A DNA stretch of 64,000 nt, from assembly GCA_965207735.1 (NCBI GenBank), contig OZ242296.1, positions 1,344,001 through 1,408,000 on the forward strand, read 5' to 3'. Below the pieces are notes generated by a model that worked only from the letters and a program-made list of their open reading frames with translations, made no database searches and was not told where the DNA came from. The number at the start of each line of letters is the position of its first letter. Within the stretch, counting starts at the first letter, position 1. This DNA is from Candidatus Versatilivorator sp. GTDB taxonomy: Bacteria; Acidobacteriota; Terriglobia; Versatilivoradales; Versatilivoraceae. Positions 18,557 through 28,461 of this stretch are shown here, piece after piece. The translations under genes and the position numbers were made by a program.

Positions 18557-20383
18557 ATGCAAAAGTGGCCGTTCTTCAGCCATATCAAGCCCTTTCTTCC
18601 ACTCATCGCGGCAGCCACCCTGCTGATGGGTCTGGCGACGAGCCTCAAGGGCTTCATGGCCAGCCTGGTCAAACCGGTGCTGGATTACGTTCTCGTTCCC
18701 GATCCTCCAATTCGCGTACCTCTCGGAACGCTGCCCATCCTTTGCAAGGAAGTCTACCTGGAACAGATCAATCCTTTTCCCTTTGAGGCTCCCTGGCTGG
18801 TGGTGGGACTGCTGGGAGTTCTGGCCGCACTGGCCAAAGGAGTGTCCGAATACAGCTCGACCTATATCCTCAACTACGTGGGTCAGTCCAGCGTGGCACG
18901 CCTGAGGGCGACTGCTTACGAAAATGTGGTCTATCAGTCGTCCCATTTCTTCTACAAGCACACCACCGGCAATCTCATCTCCCGGATTACCAACGACATC
19001 GAAAAGATTCAGTTCGCGTTCTCAACCAATCTGGCCGACGCCCTGAAGCAAACGCTGACGTTGGTGACGTTTCTCACCATACTTTTTTTTCTCGACTGGA
19101 AGCTGGCCCTCATCATATTCCTGGCAGCACCCCTGATCGTTCTTCCCTCCAGGATCCTGGGCCAGTTTGTGCGGCAACTCAGCCGGGCCAGCCAGGAAAA
19201 GCTGGGTCAGGTCGCCGAGATTCTTCAGGAAAGCATCAGCGGCCAGCGTATCGTCAAGGCCTTCTCCATGGAGCAGTTCGAGCTGAACAGGTTTCGGCGC
19301 GCAGTTCGACAGGTGGCCAGGATCAATCTCAGGCACCTTCGTCTGCAGGCGCTGCCGTCTCCACTCATGGAGCTGTTGGGAGCCGTGCTGCTGGTGCCTC
19401 TGCTTTACTACGCCCAGCAGGCGATCTCACAGGGCCGGATGAGCCAGGGAGATTTCGGCTTTTTTTTCGTGGCTCTGCTGAGCCTGTACGAACCCATTCG
19501 GCGCATGAGCGGCATCTACATGAACTTTCAACATGCCAGAGGCGCGTCCGGCAAGGTCTTCCAGATCATGTCCGAGCCTCGCCAGGTGGTGGAAGAGCCC
19601 GATGCCGCCGAGCTGGCCGATATTCAACACCAGATCGAGTTCCGGCGGGTGAGCTTCAACTACCCGGAGAGCGGCCTCCCGGTGTTGCAAGGCATCAACC
19701 TGAGAGTCGGCCGCGGCGAAGTGGTGGCCCTGGTCGGACCCAGCGGTTCGGGCAAAACCAGCCTGGTCAATCTCATCCCCCGCTTTTTCGATCCGACCGA
19801 GGGCCAGGTGCTGATCGACGGGATCGATATTCGGCAACTCAAGCTGTCCTCGCTGCGTGGCTTGATGGGGATGGTGACTCAGGAGACCATCCTCTTCAAT
19901 GACACGCTGCGCAACAACATCTGTTACGGCAGAACCCAGGTGACGGAGACCGAGATGCGTCGGGCGGCCCGGGCGGCCCTGGCCGAGGAGTTCATCCTGG
20001 AGCTTCCCAGCCGATACGAGGCCACCATCGGCGAGCGCGGCCAGCAACTCTCGGGGGGGCAGCGGCAGAGGTTGGCCATAGCTCGTGCGCTTCTGAAGAA
20101 TGCTCCCATTCTGATTCTGGACGAAGCCACCTCTTCCCTGGATACCGAGGCCGAGATTCTGGTGCAGCGAGCACTGGCCAATCTCATGCGCGGGCGAACA
20201 GTGATTGTGATTGCCCACCGGCTCTCCACCATTCGACGGGCCGATCGTATTGTAGTCATCGAGCAGGGAAAGATTACCGAGGTGGGGACTCACTCCGACC
20301 TGATGGAGAAGCGAGGACTGTACCAGCGGCTGCACGATCTTCAGGTGGAAGGCGACGAACCCGAAGTGCCGCCCCTCTCTTGA
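18557..20383 (+). CDS. msbA: ABC exporter, permease+ATPase fusion (MsbA-like)
   Basis: N-terminal TM domain, Walker A GPSGSGKT, LSGGQRQR signature, ILDEATS, IAHRLST. Confidence 0.85.
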   Translation: MQKWPFFSHIKPFLPLIAAATLLMGLATSLKGFMASLVKPVLDYVLVPDPPIRVPLGTLPILCKEVYLEQINPFPFEAPWLVVGLLGVLAALAKGVSEYSSTYILNYVGQSSVARLRATAYENVVYQSSHFFYKHTTGNLISRITNDIEKIQFAFSTNLADALKQTLTLVTFLTILFFLDWKLALIIFLAAPLIVLPSRILGQFVRQLSRASQEKLGQVAEILQESISGQRIVKAFSMEQFELNRFRRAVRQVARINLRHLRLQALPSPLMELLGAVLLVPLLYYAQQAISQGRMSQGDFGFFFVALLSLYEPIRRMSGIYMNFQHARGASGKVFQIMSEPRQVVEEPDAAELADIQHQIEFRRVSFNYPESGLPVLQGINLRVGRGEVVALVGPSGSGKTSLVNLIPRFFDPTEGQVLIDGIDIRQLKLSSLRGLMGMVTQETILFNDTLRNNICYGRTQVTETEMRRAARAALAEEFILELPSRYEATIGERGQQLSGGQRQRLAIARALLKNAPILILDEATSSLDTEAEILVQRALANLMRGRTVIVIAHRLSTIRRADRIVVIEQGKITEVGTHSDLMEKRGLYQRLHDLQVEGDEPEVPPLS

Positions 20384-20438
20384 CCGGAATGACCTGTATC
20401 CCTCGGGTTCCGGAGCCGACAGCAATAAACGGGTGCTC

Positions 20439-21335
20439 ATGATCCATAGCATGACCGGATATGGTCGAGGCCAGTGGCAGGAGGAGAGTTGGCTCTGCCG
20501 GGTCGAGGTCAAGTCAGTCAATCACCGCTACCTGGACATCCACAACCGGCTGCCTTCCGAGTTCTCAAGCCTGGACGGCAAGGTCAGAAAGTGGGTCCAG
20601 GAACGAATCAAGCGAGGTCGCATCGATCTCTTCCTGAAGATCGAAAACGGGGACGACCCGGGATTCAGCCTCAATCGACCGCTATTGGAGGGCTATCTGG
20701 ACGCTCTGAGGCTTCTGCAAAAGGACTATTCCATAGGGGGAAACGTCGACCCGAGCCAGCTTCTGAGAATGCCTGGATTGCTGGCCCAGGAGTCGGTCCC
20801 TGTTTCGGATGCACAGTCGGCCGGGCTCGAGGCCGGGATCGCCAGCGCCGTGGGCCAGGCCCTGAGCGACCTGGTGACCATGCGGAGAACGGAGGGCCAG
20901 GTTCTGGAGGCTGAAATCCGGCAGCACCTGGACGCCCTGGAGACAGAAGCCCAACGAATTGAGACTCAGACGGAAGGGCTGCTGGAGCTGCATCGAGACC
21001 GTCTGAAGGCTCGCATGGAGACCATCCTTGCCGAGGTTGAGGTCGACCCGGCCCGCCTGCTTCAAGAGGCCGCCCACCAGGCCGAGCGCGGAGATATCCG
21101 AGAGGAAGTATCCCGGCTGTTCAGCCACGTGGCACAGTGTCGAGTTCTGTTGTCGAGCTCAGGCGAAGTGGGCAAGAAAATCGATTTCATGATGCAGGAA
21201 ATGAACCGCGAGGCCAACACCATCCTGTCCAAGAATTCCGGCTTGGCGGACCGCAGACTGGATATCACCAATGCGGCCATCACGATCAAGACCGAGATCG
21301 AAAAAATTCGCGAGCAGATCCAGAATGTGGAATGA
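20439..21335 (+). CDS. yicC: YicC/YloC family endoribonuclease
   Basis: SMTGYG, SVNHRYLD, QEMNREANT and REQIQNVE motifs. Confidence 0.93.
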   Translation: MIHSMTGYGRGQWQEESWLCRVEVKSVNHRYLDIHNRLPSEFSSLDGKVRKWVQERIKRGRIDLFLKIENGDDPGFSLNRPLLEGYLDALRLLQKDYSIGGNVDPSQLLRMPGLLAQESVPVSDAQSAGLEAGIASAVGQALSDLVTMRRTEGQVLEAEIRQHLDALETEAQRIETQTEGLLELHRDRLKARMETILAEVEVDPARLLQEAAHQAERGDIREEVSRLFSHVAQCRVLLSSSGEVGKKIDFMMQEMNREANTILSKNSGLADRRLDITNAAITIKTEIEKIREQIQNVE

Positions 21336-21377
21336 GTTGGTGTTCTGTCTCAGAAACAGGGTTGTGAAATCAGGAAA

Positions 21378-22013
21378 ATGAAGGCAAAGGGACAGATCTT
21401 TGTCGTGTCGGCCCCGTCCGGATCGGGCAAGACCACGTTGTTGAGAAAACTCCTGGAGGAAGATGAGCGATTGAGCTTCTCGGTGTCCCACACCACCCGA
21501 AAACCGAGAGGCCGGGAGCAAGACGGCAAGGAGTATTTCTTCGTCAGCGAGGCGGAATTCGAAGCCATGATCGACCGCGACCAATTCCTCGAGCATGCCA
21601 GGGTCTTCGGCAATTATTACGGCACCTCGCGGAAGTACGTGGAGGAGTGCATCGCCGCCGGCACCGACCTCCTCCTGGACATCGACACCGATGGGGCTGC
21701 TCAGGTAAGAAGCCGACTTCCCGAGGCCGTGACCATCTTTATCATGCCCCCTTCGTTCCAAGCGCTCAGGCAACGCCTCGAAAAACGCCACCTGGACAGT
21801 GCCGAAACCATCCGGCAGCGCCTGGAGTGGGCGAGCCGGAAAGAAATCCATCAGTTCCGCCACTACGATTACGTCGTGGTCAACGACCGGATCAGTCGGT
21901 CCCACGAGCAGCTCCGCTCAATCGTGCTGGCGGAGAGATGCCGTCGAGACCGATCGCTTCAACAGATCGAAACTATCCTGAAATCCTTTGGAGGAAATAC
22001 CAATGACCAGTAA
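21378..22013 (+). CDS. gmk: Guanylate kinase
   Basis: APSGSGKTT, SHTTRKPR and NYYGT motifs. Confidence 0.96.
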   Translation: MKAKGQIFVVSAPSGSGKTTLLRKLLEEDERLSFSVSHTTRKPRGREQDGKEYFFVSEAEFEAMIDRDQFLEHARVFGNYYGTSRKYVEECIAAGTDLLLDIDTDGAAQVRSRLPEAVTIFIMPPSFQALRQRLEKRHLDSAETIRQRLEWASRKEIHQFRHYDYVVVNDRISRSHEQLRSIVLAERCRRDRSLQQIETILKSFGGNTNDQ

Positions 22014-22239
22014 CATCGGACAAATCGACAGCAAATTTCGATACATCATTGTGGCGGCCAAGCGAACCAGGCAACTGCAAGGCGGTTCCACCCCACTGGT
22101 TCAGGGTCTGTCGAAAAAATTCACCCGGATCGCCCAAAATGAAGTCGCCGCGGGACTGGTGAACTTTGAGATCGTCGCAGGAGAATCCGAAGAGGAAGAA
22201 GAGGCCCCATCGATCGACGCCGGCCCGATTCCCCATTGA
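22003..22239 (+). CDS. rpoZ: RNA polymerase omega subunit
   Basis: DSKFRYIIVAAKRTRQL; gmk-rpoZ-coaBC synteny; GGAGG RBS. Confidence 0.9.
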   Translation: MTSNIGQIDSKFRYIIVAAKRTRQLQGGSTPLVQGLSKKFTRIAQNEVAAGLVNFEIVAGESEEEEEAPSIDAGPIPH

Positions 22240-22282
22240 GGTTCAACGCCGGCAGGCAGTTTTCCGGAGGCCGTTCAGTCCC

Positions 22283-23500
22283 ATGAATCCGAGCCTGATT
22301 GTTTTGGGTGTCACCGGTTGCATTGCCGCCTACAAATCCGCCGAGCTTCTGCGCCTGCTTCAAAAGCAGGGATTCGAAGTACAGGTGGTCCTCACCGAGC
22401 ACGCTCAGGAGTTCGTCACCCCAATGACGCTGGCGGCCTTGAGCCGGCGTCGCGTCATCACGACCCTGTACCAGCAGGAACAGCGCGGTGAAGGCCCCCA
22501 AGAAGTGGCCATAGAACACGTTCAGCTTCCCCAAGCTGCCGGCGCTCTTCTGGTGGCGCCCGCCACGGCCAACTGCCTGGCCAAGTTCGCCGGCGGCATC
22601 GCCGACGATTTCCTCTCAACCCTTTACCTGGCGACCACCGGTCCGGTGGTTGTGGCTCCCGCCATGAACGTGCATATGTGGAACCATCCGTCGGTGACGG
22701 AAAACGTCGAGCGGCTTCGCTCTCGGGGAGTGATCCTGGTGGACCCGGAAGAGGGCTACCTGGCCGAAGGAATCGAAGGCAAGGGTCGAATGGCCGACCT
22801 GGAAACCATTGTGAGCGCCGTGGTGAAGGCTGCTCGAGGCACTCGGGATCTGGCCGGAGAGACTGTTCTGGTCACGGCCGGCCCCACGTGCGAAGACATC
22901 GACCCCGTCAGATATCTGACCAACCGGTCCTCCGGGAAGATGGGTTACGAAATTGCCTCCGCGGCTCAGGCTCGCGGAGCCGCAACCATTTTGGTCAGCG
23001 GCCCTACCCGGCTTCCCCCACCGGCCCAGGTCCGATGCCTCAGCGTGCGTTCCACCGAGGAAATGAAATCCCAGGTGCTCCACCATTTCCCCGGAGCCAC
23101 CATTGTGATCAAGGCTGCCGCAGTGGCCGATTTCAAACCCGACAAGCGGTCCCACCAAAAGTTGAAAAAGGAACAGGCTCCCCAACACCTGTCGCTGGTC
23201 CCGACTCCCGACATCCTGGCTGAGTTGTCCAGCCGCAAGGACAGTCAGATTCTGGTGGGATTCGCCGCCGAGACCGAGCGGGTGCTGGAAAACGCCCGGA
23301 AAAAGCTGGCAGCCAAGAAACTGGACCTCCTGGTGGTGAACGATGTCACCCAGGAGGGGGCGGGTTTTGACGGGGATACCAACGTGGTTACCATGATCAC
23401 CGGCGAGGGTTCGGAAATCTCGCTGGGAAAACGTTCCAAGAGAGAGATTGCTCACGCCATCCTGGACCAGGTGGTTGCCTTGAAGAAGCGCCATGCCTGA
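22283..23500 (+). CDS. coaBC: Bifunctional phosphopantothenoylcysteine decarboxylase/synthetase
   Basis: GVTGCIAAYK, APAMN, TAGPT, NRSSGKMG, AAVADF and GFAAET motifs. Confidence 0.96.
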   Translation: MNPSLIVLGVTGCIAAYKSAELLRLLQKQGFEVQVVLTEHAQEFVTPMTLAALSRRRVITTLYQQEQRGEGPQEVAIEHVQLPQAAGALLVAPATANCLAKFAGGIADDFLSTLYLATTGPVVVAPAMNVHMWNHPSVTENVERLRSRGVILVDPEEGYLAEGIEGKGRMADLETIVSAVVKAARGTRDLAGETVLVTAGPTCEDIDPVRYLTNRSSGKMGYEIASAAQARGAATILVSGPTRLPPPAQVRCLSVRSTEEMKSQVLHHFPGATIVIKAAAVADFKPDKRSHQKLKKEQAPQHLSLVPTPDILAELSSRKDSQILVGFAAETERVLENARKKLAAKKLDLLVVNDVTQEGAGFDGDTNVVTMITGEGSEISLGKRSKREIAHAILDQVVALKKRHA

Positions 23501-24266
23501 CAAGCCCCATCCCGTCCTGCTGGAGCAATTGAAAGCCCACCTGGAGTATTTCGCGGAATCCGGGATCGACCGTATCCGTCCAAAAGCGGTGAGCGGAGCG
23601 CTCAAATTGGCGGCGGCAGGCCGGGAAAGCAACAGTCCCGTCGCTCAACCGCGGCAACCCGCATCCTCGACCCAGACCTCCCTGTTCGCCGAGCCCGGCT
23701 CGGCAAGCGCGCCGGACACCTCCCTGGACCAGGTCCGAGAAGACCTGGGGGACTGCCGGAGGTGCACGTTGTGTCAGGACCGCACCCACATCGTCTTCGG
23801 TTCCGGCAACCCACAGGCCCGACTGGTCTTCGTCGGCGAGGGACCTGGCGCCGACGAGGACCGACAGGGTCTTCCTTTCGTGGGGCGGGCGGGACAACTG
23901 CTGACCAGGATGATCGAAGCCATCCAGATGCGGCGGGATGAGGTCTACATCTGCAACGTGGTGAAGTGCCGGCCACCCGGAAACCGCACGCCCCTGGAAG
24001 AAGAGGTCGCCGCTTGTTCGCCCTTTCTGGTGCGCCAGCTTGCGGTCTTGCAGCCCGAGGTGGTTTGTTGCCTCGGCCTTACCGCGGCCCAAACCCTGTT
24101 GCAAGTCAGGCCCCCCATAGGCCGGCTCCGCGGCAAGATTCACTCCTTCCAGGGAGCCCGACTGGTGGCCACCTATCACCCGGCCTACCTGCTGAGGAAT
24201 CCCGCCGCCAAGCGGCTTGTCTGGGATGACCTCAAGCGGATACGGTCCCTGTTGTCATCGCCATAG
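23493..24266 (+). CDS. Uracil-DNA glycosylase family 4 (Fe-S)
   Basis: CxxCxLC, GEGPG, FVGRAG, KCRPPGNR and YHPAYLLR motifs. Confidence 0.93.
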   Translation: MPDKPHPVLLEQLKAHLEYFAESGIDRIRPKAVSGALKLAAAGRESNSPVAQPRQPASSTQTSLFAEPGSASAPDTSLDQVREDLGDCRRCTLCQDRTHIVFGSGNPQARLVFVGEGPGADEDRQGLPFVGRAGQLLTRMIEAIQMRRDEVYICNVVKCRPPGNRTPLEEEVAACSPFLVRQLAVLQPEVVCCLGLTAAQTLLQVRPPIGRLRGKIHSFQGARLVATYHPAYLLRNPAAKRLVWDDLKRIRSLLSSP

Positions 24267-26105
24267 GCTTGTCTGAAACAACGGAAAAAAGACAAAGAAA
24301 AAGACTTATCCACGAAGGGGCACGAAGAACGACGAAGGGCCACTAAGGCGCTGAGGTTGACCGCGACGGGATGCCAAGTTCGCGAAAGGATTGTCGATTT
24401 CTGATTGTTTCACTCTCGAATGATCCGCACGGCAGGGCGGGGGCCGGACTTGCCTGAAACAACCTAAAAATGACAAGAGACAAAAGAAAAAGACTTATCC
24501 ACGAAGGGGCACTAAGGCGCTGAGGTTAACCGCGACGGGGTACCAAGGTTGCGAAGGGTTGATCGATTTCTGATTGTTTCACTCTATGTATGATCCGCAC
24601 GGCAGAGCGGGGGCTCGGCTTGTCTGAAACAACCGACAAAAGACAAAGAAAAAGACTTATCCACGAAGGGGCACGAAGAACGACGAAGGGACACTAAGGC
24701 GCTGAGGTTAACCGCGACGGGATACCAAGTTCGCGAAAGAATTGTCGATTTCCGATTGTTTCACCCTCGGATGATCTGCCCGAAAGGGCAGGGGCTCGGC
24801 TTGTCTGAAACAACCCTGTTTCACCCTCGGATGATCTGCCCCGTCGTGGGGGGCAGGGGCGCCCCTTGCCTGAAACAACCTAAAAAGACAAAAGAAAAAG
24901 ACATTTCCACGAAGGGGCACGAAGAACGACGAAGGGACACGAAGGCGCTGAGGTTGGCCGCGACGGGGTACCACGTTCGCGAAGGGTTGATCGATTTCTG
25001 ATTGTTTCACTCTATGTATGATCCGCACGGCAGGGCGGGGGCTCGGCTTGCCTGAAACAACCTAAAAAGACAAAAGAAAAAGACATTTCCACGAAGGGGC
25101 ACGAAGAACGACGAAGGGGCACGAAGGCGCTGAGGTTGACCGCGACGGGGTACCAAGGTTGCGAAGGGTTGATCGATTTCTGATTGTTTCACTCTATGTA
25201 TGATCCGCACGGCAGGGCGGGGGCCCGGCTTGCCTGAAACAACCTAAAAAGACAAAAGAAAAAGACATTTCCACGAAGGGGCACGAAGAACGACGAAGGG
25301 ACACGAAGGCGCTGAGGTTGACCGCGACGGGGTGCCAAGGTCGCGACGGGATGGTCGATTTCCGATTATTTCACTCTCCAGCCTTTTGCAAAATTCAGCA
25401 GCGGGACCTTTGCCGGGAATGGCCACAAAAGGCACGAAAAGACAACAAGAGCAGAACACTGAAAGCCTGCAAGGCGTTGACTCCCGAACGTGTCGCACAA
25501 GTTCCGCGCTATCTGCCTACATCCGGTCAACGCGACGCCATGGGGATCCACTTCGGATCGTCAAGACTCGAAATCAAGAAATTCGTTTTGTGCTTTTTGT
25601 GGTGAACTCCCCTTTTTCACCAGGTCGCACCCGATATTGGAAAAGGCAGAAGATCACGTTTGCCGGCAAAATGACCTGCCCCACTGCCAAAATTGCAAGA
25701 CGCTCTCTCGTATGATCCGCATGGTACGGCGGGGGCTGGACTCGCGGACAAACGGGAGTTTCCCAAAAGGCGCCGGTCGGCTTTCAGAGAAATCGGCCCC
25801 CGGATACACTCCACCGCACCATCGGAACGACCCACCCGGGATATCAAGGTCACGGTATCGTAGATGCATTCGGGCGCGGTTGCTCATTGAAGGAGCTTCC
25901 TCCCTATTCGTGTCTATTCGTGGTTCGTCTGCATTCCCAATACGAAAACGGCTGGCTGTTTATCCTGTCTATCCTGTGCATCCATGTGCAATCAGTCGAA
26001 AACCGGTTTAGCACGACAGGGCGCTTGTTCCCGACAGGACATGAAGATTCGTTGTTTCGCCCTCGTACGATCCGCCCGGTAGGGCGAGGCCGGCTTGTCT
26101 GACAG
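24267..26105 (+). repeat. Linker-delimited cassette array: about six ~182-bp module-A units (starts ~24271, 24452, 24622, 24868, 25050, 25232), one 65-bp empty unit (24803), then modules C, D and the right arm of B
   Basis: Direct alignment of units; 58-bp linker TTGTTTCACTCT..GATCCGCACGGCAGGGCGGGGG..GCCTGAAACAA between cassettes; degenerate linkers at ~25704 and 26052. Confidence 0.93.
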
Positions 26106-26271
26106 CCGTCCAAGAACGGCTGCCTGCAGCGGCATGTCCCGCCAATTTCCATAGCGGACAGCAGCGGCATGCCCCGGTTGCCTGGGCCCCGCGGGGTATG
26201 GTAGCATCCAGGCTTTTTGCGGCCGGTTCAAGGCCGGTGGTCATCATGTCCTCTTTGGAAAGGATTTCACC

Positions 26272-28365
26272 ATGAAGGTCTATCCGCCTGCGGATATACG
26301 CAACGTTGCCGTGACAGGACACGGATCCTCGGGGAAGACTTCCCTGGTTGCAGGCTGTCTCTACGCCGCAGGCGTCGGTAATCGTCTGGGGCGGGTCGAC
26401 GAGGGGACCACGCTTACCGACTATGATCCGGAGGAAATTGAACGGAAGATCAGCACCTCCAGCGGCCTCGCCTTCATGGAACGCGGCAAGACCAAGATCA
26501 ACCTTCTGGACACTCCGGGGAAAGGCATCTTTATTCAAGATGCCCGCAACAGCATGCGAATCGCCGAGGCCACGCTCATCGTTGTCGACGCCGTGGCCGG
26601 GGTCGAGGTCCAAACCGAGAAGGTGTTTCAGTTCGCCAGAGAGTTCAATTTGCCGGTTGCCTTCGTCTTGAACAAGCTCGATCGCGAGAATGCGGATTTC
26701 GAGCGTGGGATCTCCCTCCTGCAGGAACACTTCGGCCGCACGGTCATTCCGATGCAGATCCCCATCGGCAATGAAAAAAACCTCAGCGGAGTCATTGATC
26801 TGGTTGAGTTGAAAGCTTCCCGGTACGAACCCAACGGCGATGGAAAGGGAATCCCCATCGAAATTCCGGAGTCCCTCAAGGAAGCGGCTGAAACGGGTCA
26901 TGAGACGATTGTGGAGATGGTTGCCGAAGGTGACGACCAATTGATGGAGCAGTTTTTCGATCAGGGCACCATTCCCAACGAGGATCTGGTTCCTGGGCTG
27001 AAGCGTGCCATCAAGGAGCGACTTATTTCCCCCGTCTTCTGCTGTTCGGCCCTCCTGAACGTGGGATCCAGCGATTTAGTGGACTCCATCGTCAATTATC
27101 TGCCTTCCCCCGATGAATCCAGTTCCCGACTTGGAGGCGACGGGGAGGACTCCGTCCAACGCCAGGGCAAGGACAATGAGCCCGTCTCGGCTTATGTCTT
27201 CAAGACTGTCGCAGACCCTTTCGCAGGCAGACTGTCCTACCTCAAAGTGGTTTCAGGAGTCGTGGAGAACGACGCCACGCTGTCCAACTTCAACCAGGAT
27301 CTTTCGGAGAGACTCGCCCACTTGTCCGCGCCTCAAGGCAAGTCCGCCGTGGAAGTCTCAAGGCTGTTTCCCGGAGATATCGGTGTGGTGGCGAAACTCA
27401 AGGAAACCGTTACCGGAAACACGCTCGGGGACAAAGACCACCCCATCCTCTACGACAATCTGAACTTCCCGGAACCGCTGATCTCATTTGCCGTGGCGCC
27501 CAAGTCGCGGGGAGACGAAGACAAGATCAGCAACGCACTCCACAAGATTCTGGAAGAAGACCCCACCTTGCGCTTCGGTCGGGATCAGCAAACCAACGAG
27601 ATGCTGCTGTCGGGGATGGGACAGCTCCACATCGAAATTATCGTGGCGCGCTTGAAAAAGCGCTTTTCCGTCGACGTCGGATTGAAGCCGCCAAAGATCC
27701 CCTACCGGGAAACCATTCGTGGAAGAGCGGATGTTCAGGGGAGGCACAAGAAGCAGTCGGGTGGCCACGGGCAATACGGAGACTGCAAGATCCGTATGGA
27801 GCCCTTGGCTCGGGGAGACAACTTTGAGTTCGCTAATGAAATCTTCGGAGGGTCCATCCCCCGGAACTACATCCCGGCTGTCGAAAAAGGGATCCTGGAA
27901 TCAGCCTCCCGGGGCTATCTGGCGGGATATCCGGTGGTCGATTTCAAGGTAACGCTCTATGACGGGTCTTACCACGACGTCGATTCCTCCGAGCTCGCGT
28001 TCAAAATAGCAGGCTCACTGGCCTTCAAGAAAGCGATGGAGCAGGCTTCGGCGGCGCTGCTGGAACCGATCATGAACGTGGAAGTCTATGCACCGGAGGC
28101 CTATGCCGGAGACTTGATGGGAGACCTGAACTCCCGCCGCGGCAGGGTGCAAGGAATGGACTCACGACCCGGCTCCCAGATCATCAAGGCTCAGGTCCCG
28201 ATGGCAGAGATGCTTTCCTATGCCCCCACCCTCACTTCAATGACCCAGGGCCGCGGGGATTACACCATGGAGTTTTCGCACTACGAGATCGTGCCCGCCC
28301 AGATCGCCGAGAAGATCATCGAGCAGACCAAGACAGCAGCTGAGAAGGATCAGAGTGAGGGATAA
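26272..28365 (+). CDS. Elongation factor G paralogue (EF-G2/FusA2-like)
   Basis: GHGSSGKT, DTPG, NKLD, KKQSGGHGQYG and YHDVDSSE motifs; divergent switch I/II; outside the str operon. Confidence 0.9.
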   Translation: MKVYPPADIRNVAVTGHGSSGKTSLVAGCLYAAGVGNRLGRVDEGTTLTDYDPEEIERKISTSSGLAFMERGKTKINLLDTPGKGIFIQDARNSMRIAEATLIVVDAVAGVEVQTEKVFQFAREFNLPVAFVLNKLDRENADFERGISLLQEHFGRTVIPMQIPIGNEKNLSGVIDLVELKASRYEPNGDGKGIPIEIPESLKEAAETGHETIVEMVAEGDDQLMEQFFDQGTIPNEDLVPGLKRAIKERLISPVFCCSALLNVGSSDLVDSIVNYLPSPDESSSRLGGDGEDSVQRQGKDNEPVSAYVFKTVADPFAGRLSYLKVVSGVVENDATLSNFNQDLSERLAHLSAPQGKSAVEVSRLFPGDIGVVAKLKETVTGNTLGDKDHPILYDNLNFPEPLISFAVAPKSRGDEDKISNALHKILEEDPTLRFGRDQQTNEMLLSGMGQLHIEIIVARLKKRFSVDVGLKPPKIPYRETIRGRADVQGRHKKQSGGHGQYGDCKIRMEPLARGDNFEFANEIFGGSIPRNYIPAVEKGILESASRGYLAGYPVVDFKVTLYDGSYHDVDSSELAFKIAGSLAFKKAMEQASAALLEPIMNVEVYAPEAYAGDLMGDLNSRRGRVQGMDSRPGSQIIKAQVPMAEMLSYAPTLTSMTQGRGDYTMEFSHYEIVPAQIAEKIIEQTKTAAEKDQSEG

Positions 28366-28380
28366 AACGATACGAAGGTG

Positions 28381-28461
28381 AAAGAGATACCCACCAAGGG
28401 CCAAGTGAATTGAGCGGCAATCCTTCGTGTTCTACTTGGACCCCCTTGTGGATATCTCTTT
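28381..28461. repeat. Imperfect ~26-bp inverted repeat (module-A-type arms) between convergent fusA2 and rpoC; possible terminator
   Basis: AAAGAGATACCCACCAAGGGCCAAG ... CTTGGACCCCCTTGTGGATATCTCTTT. Confidence 0.65.

Noticed and set aside
24405-24462. Integron attC site
   Set aside because: The termini are not RYYYAAC...GTTRRRY, the cassettes carry no ORFs, and no integrase is present.
24267-25378. CRISPR array (GTTTCA...TGAAAC repeats)
   Set aside because: The repeat is 54-58 bp, the intervening sequences are ~124 bp and near-identical rather than unique spacers, and there are no cas genes in the window.
24708-26231. Short ORFs inside the repeat array
   Set aside because: They are translations of repeat modules (FVPLRG, ILSILCIHV-type peptides) without RBS or coding-like bias.
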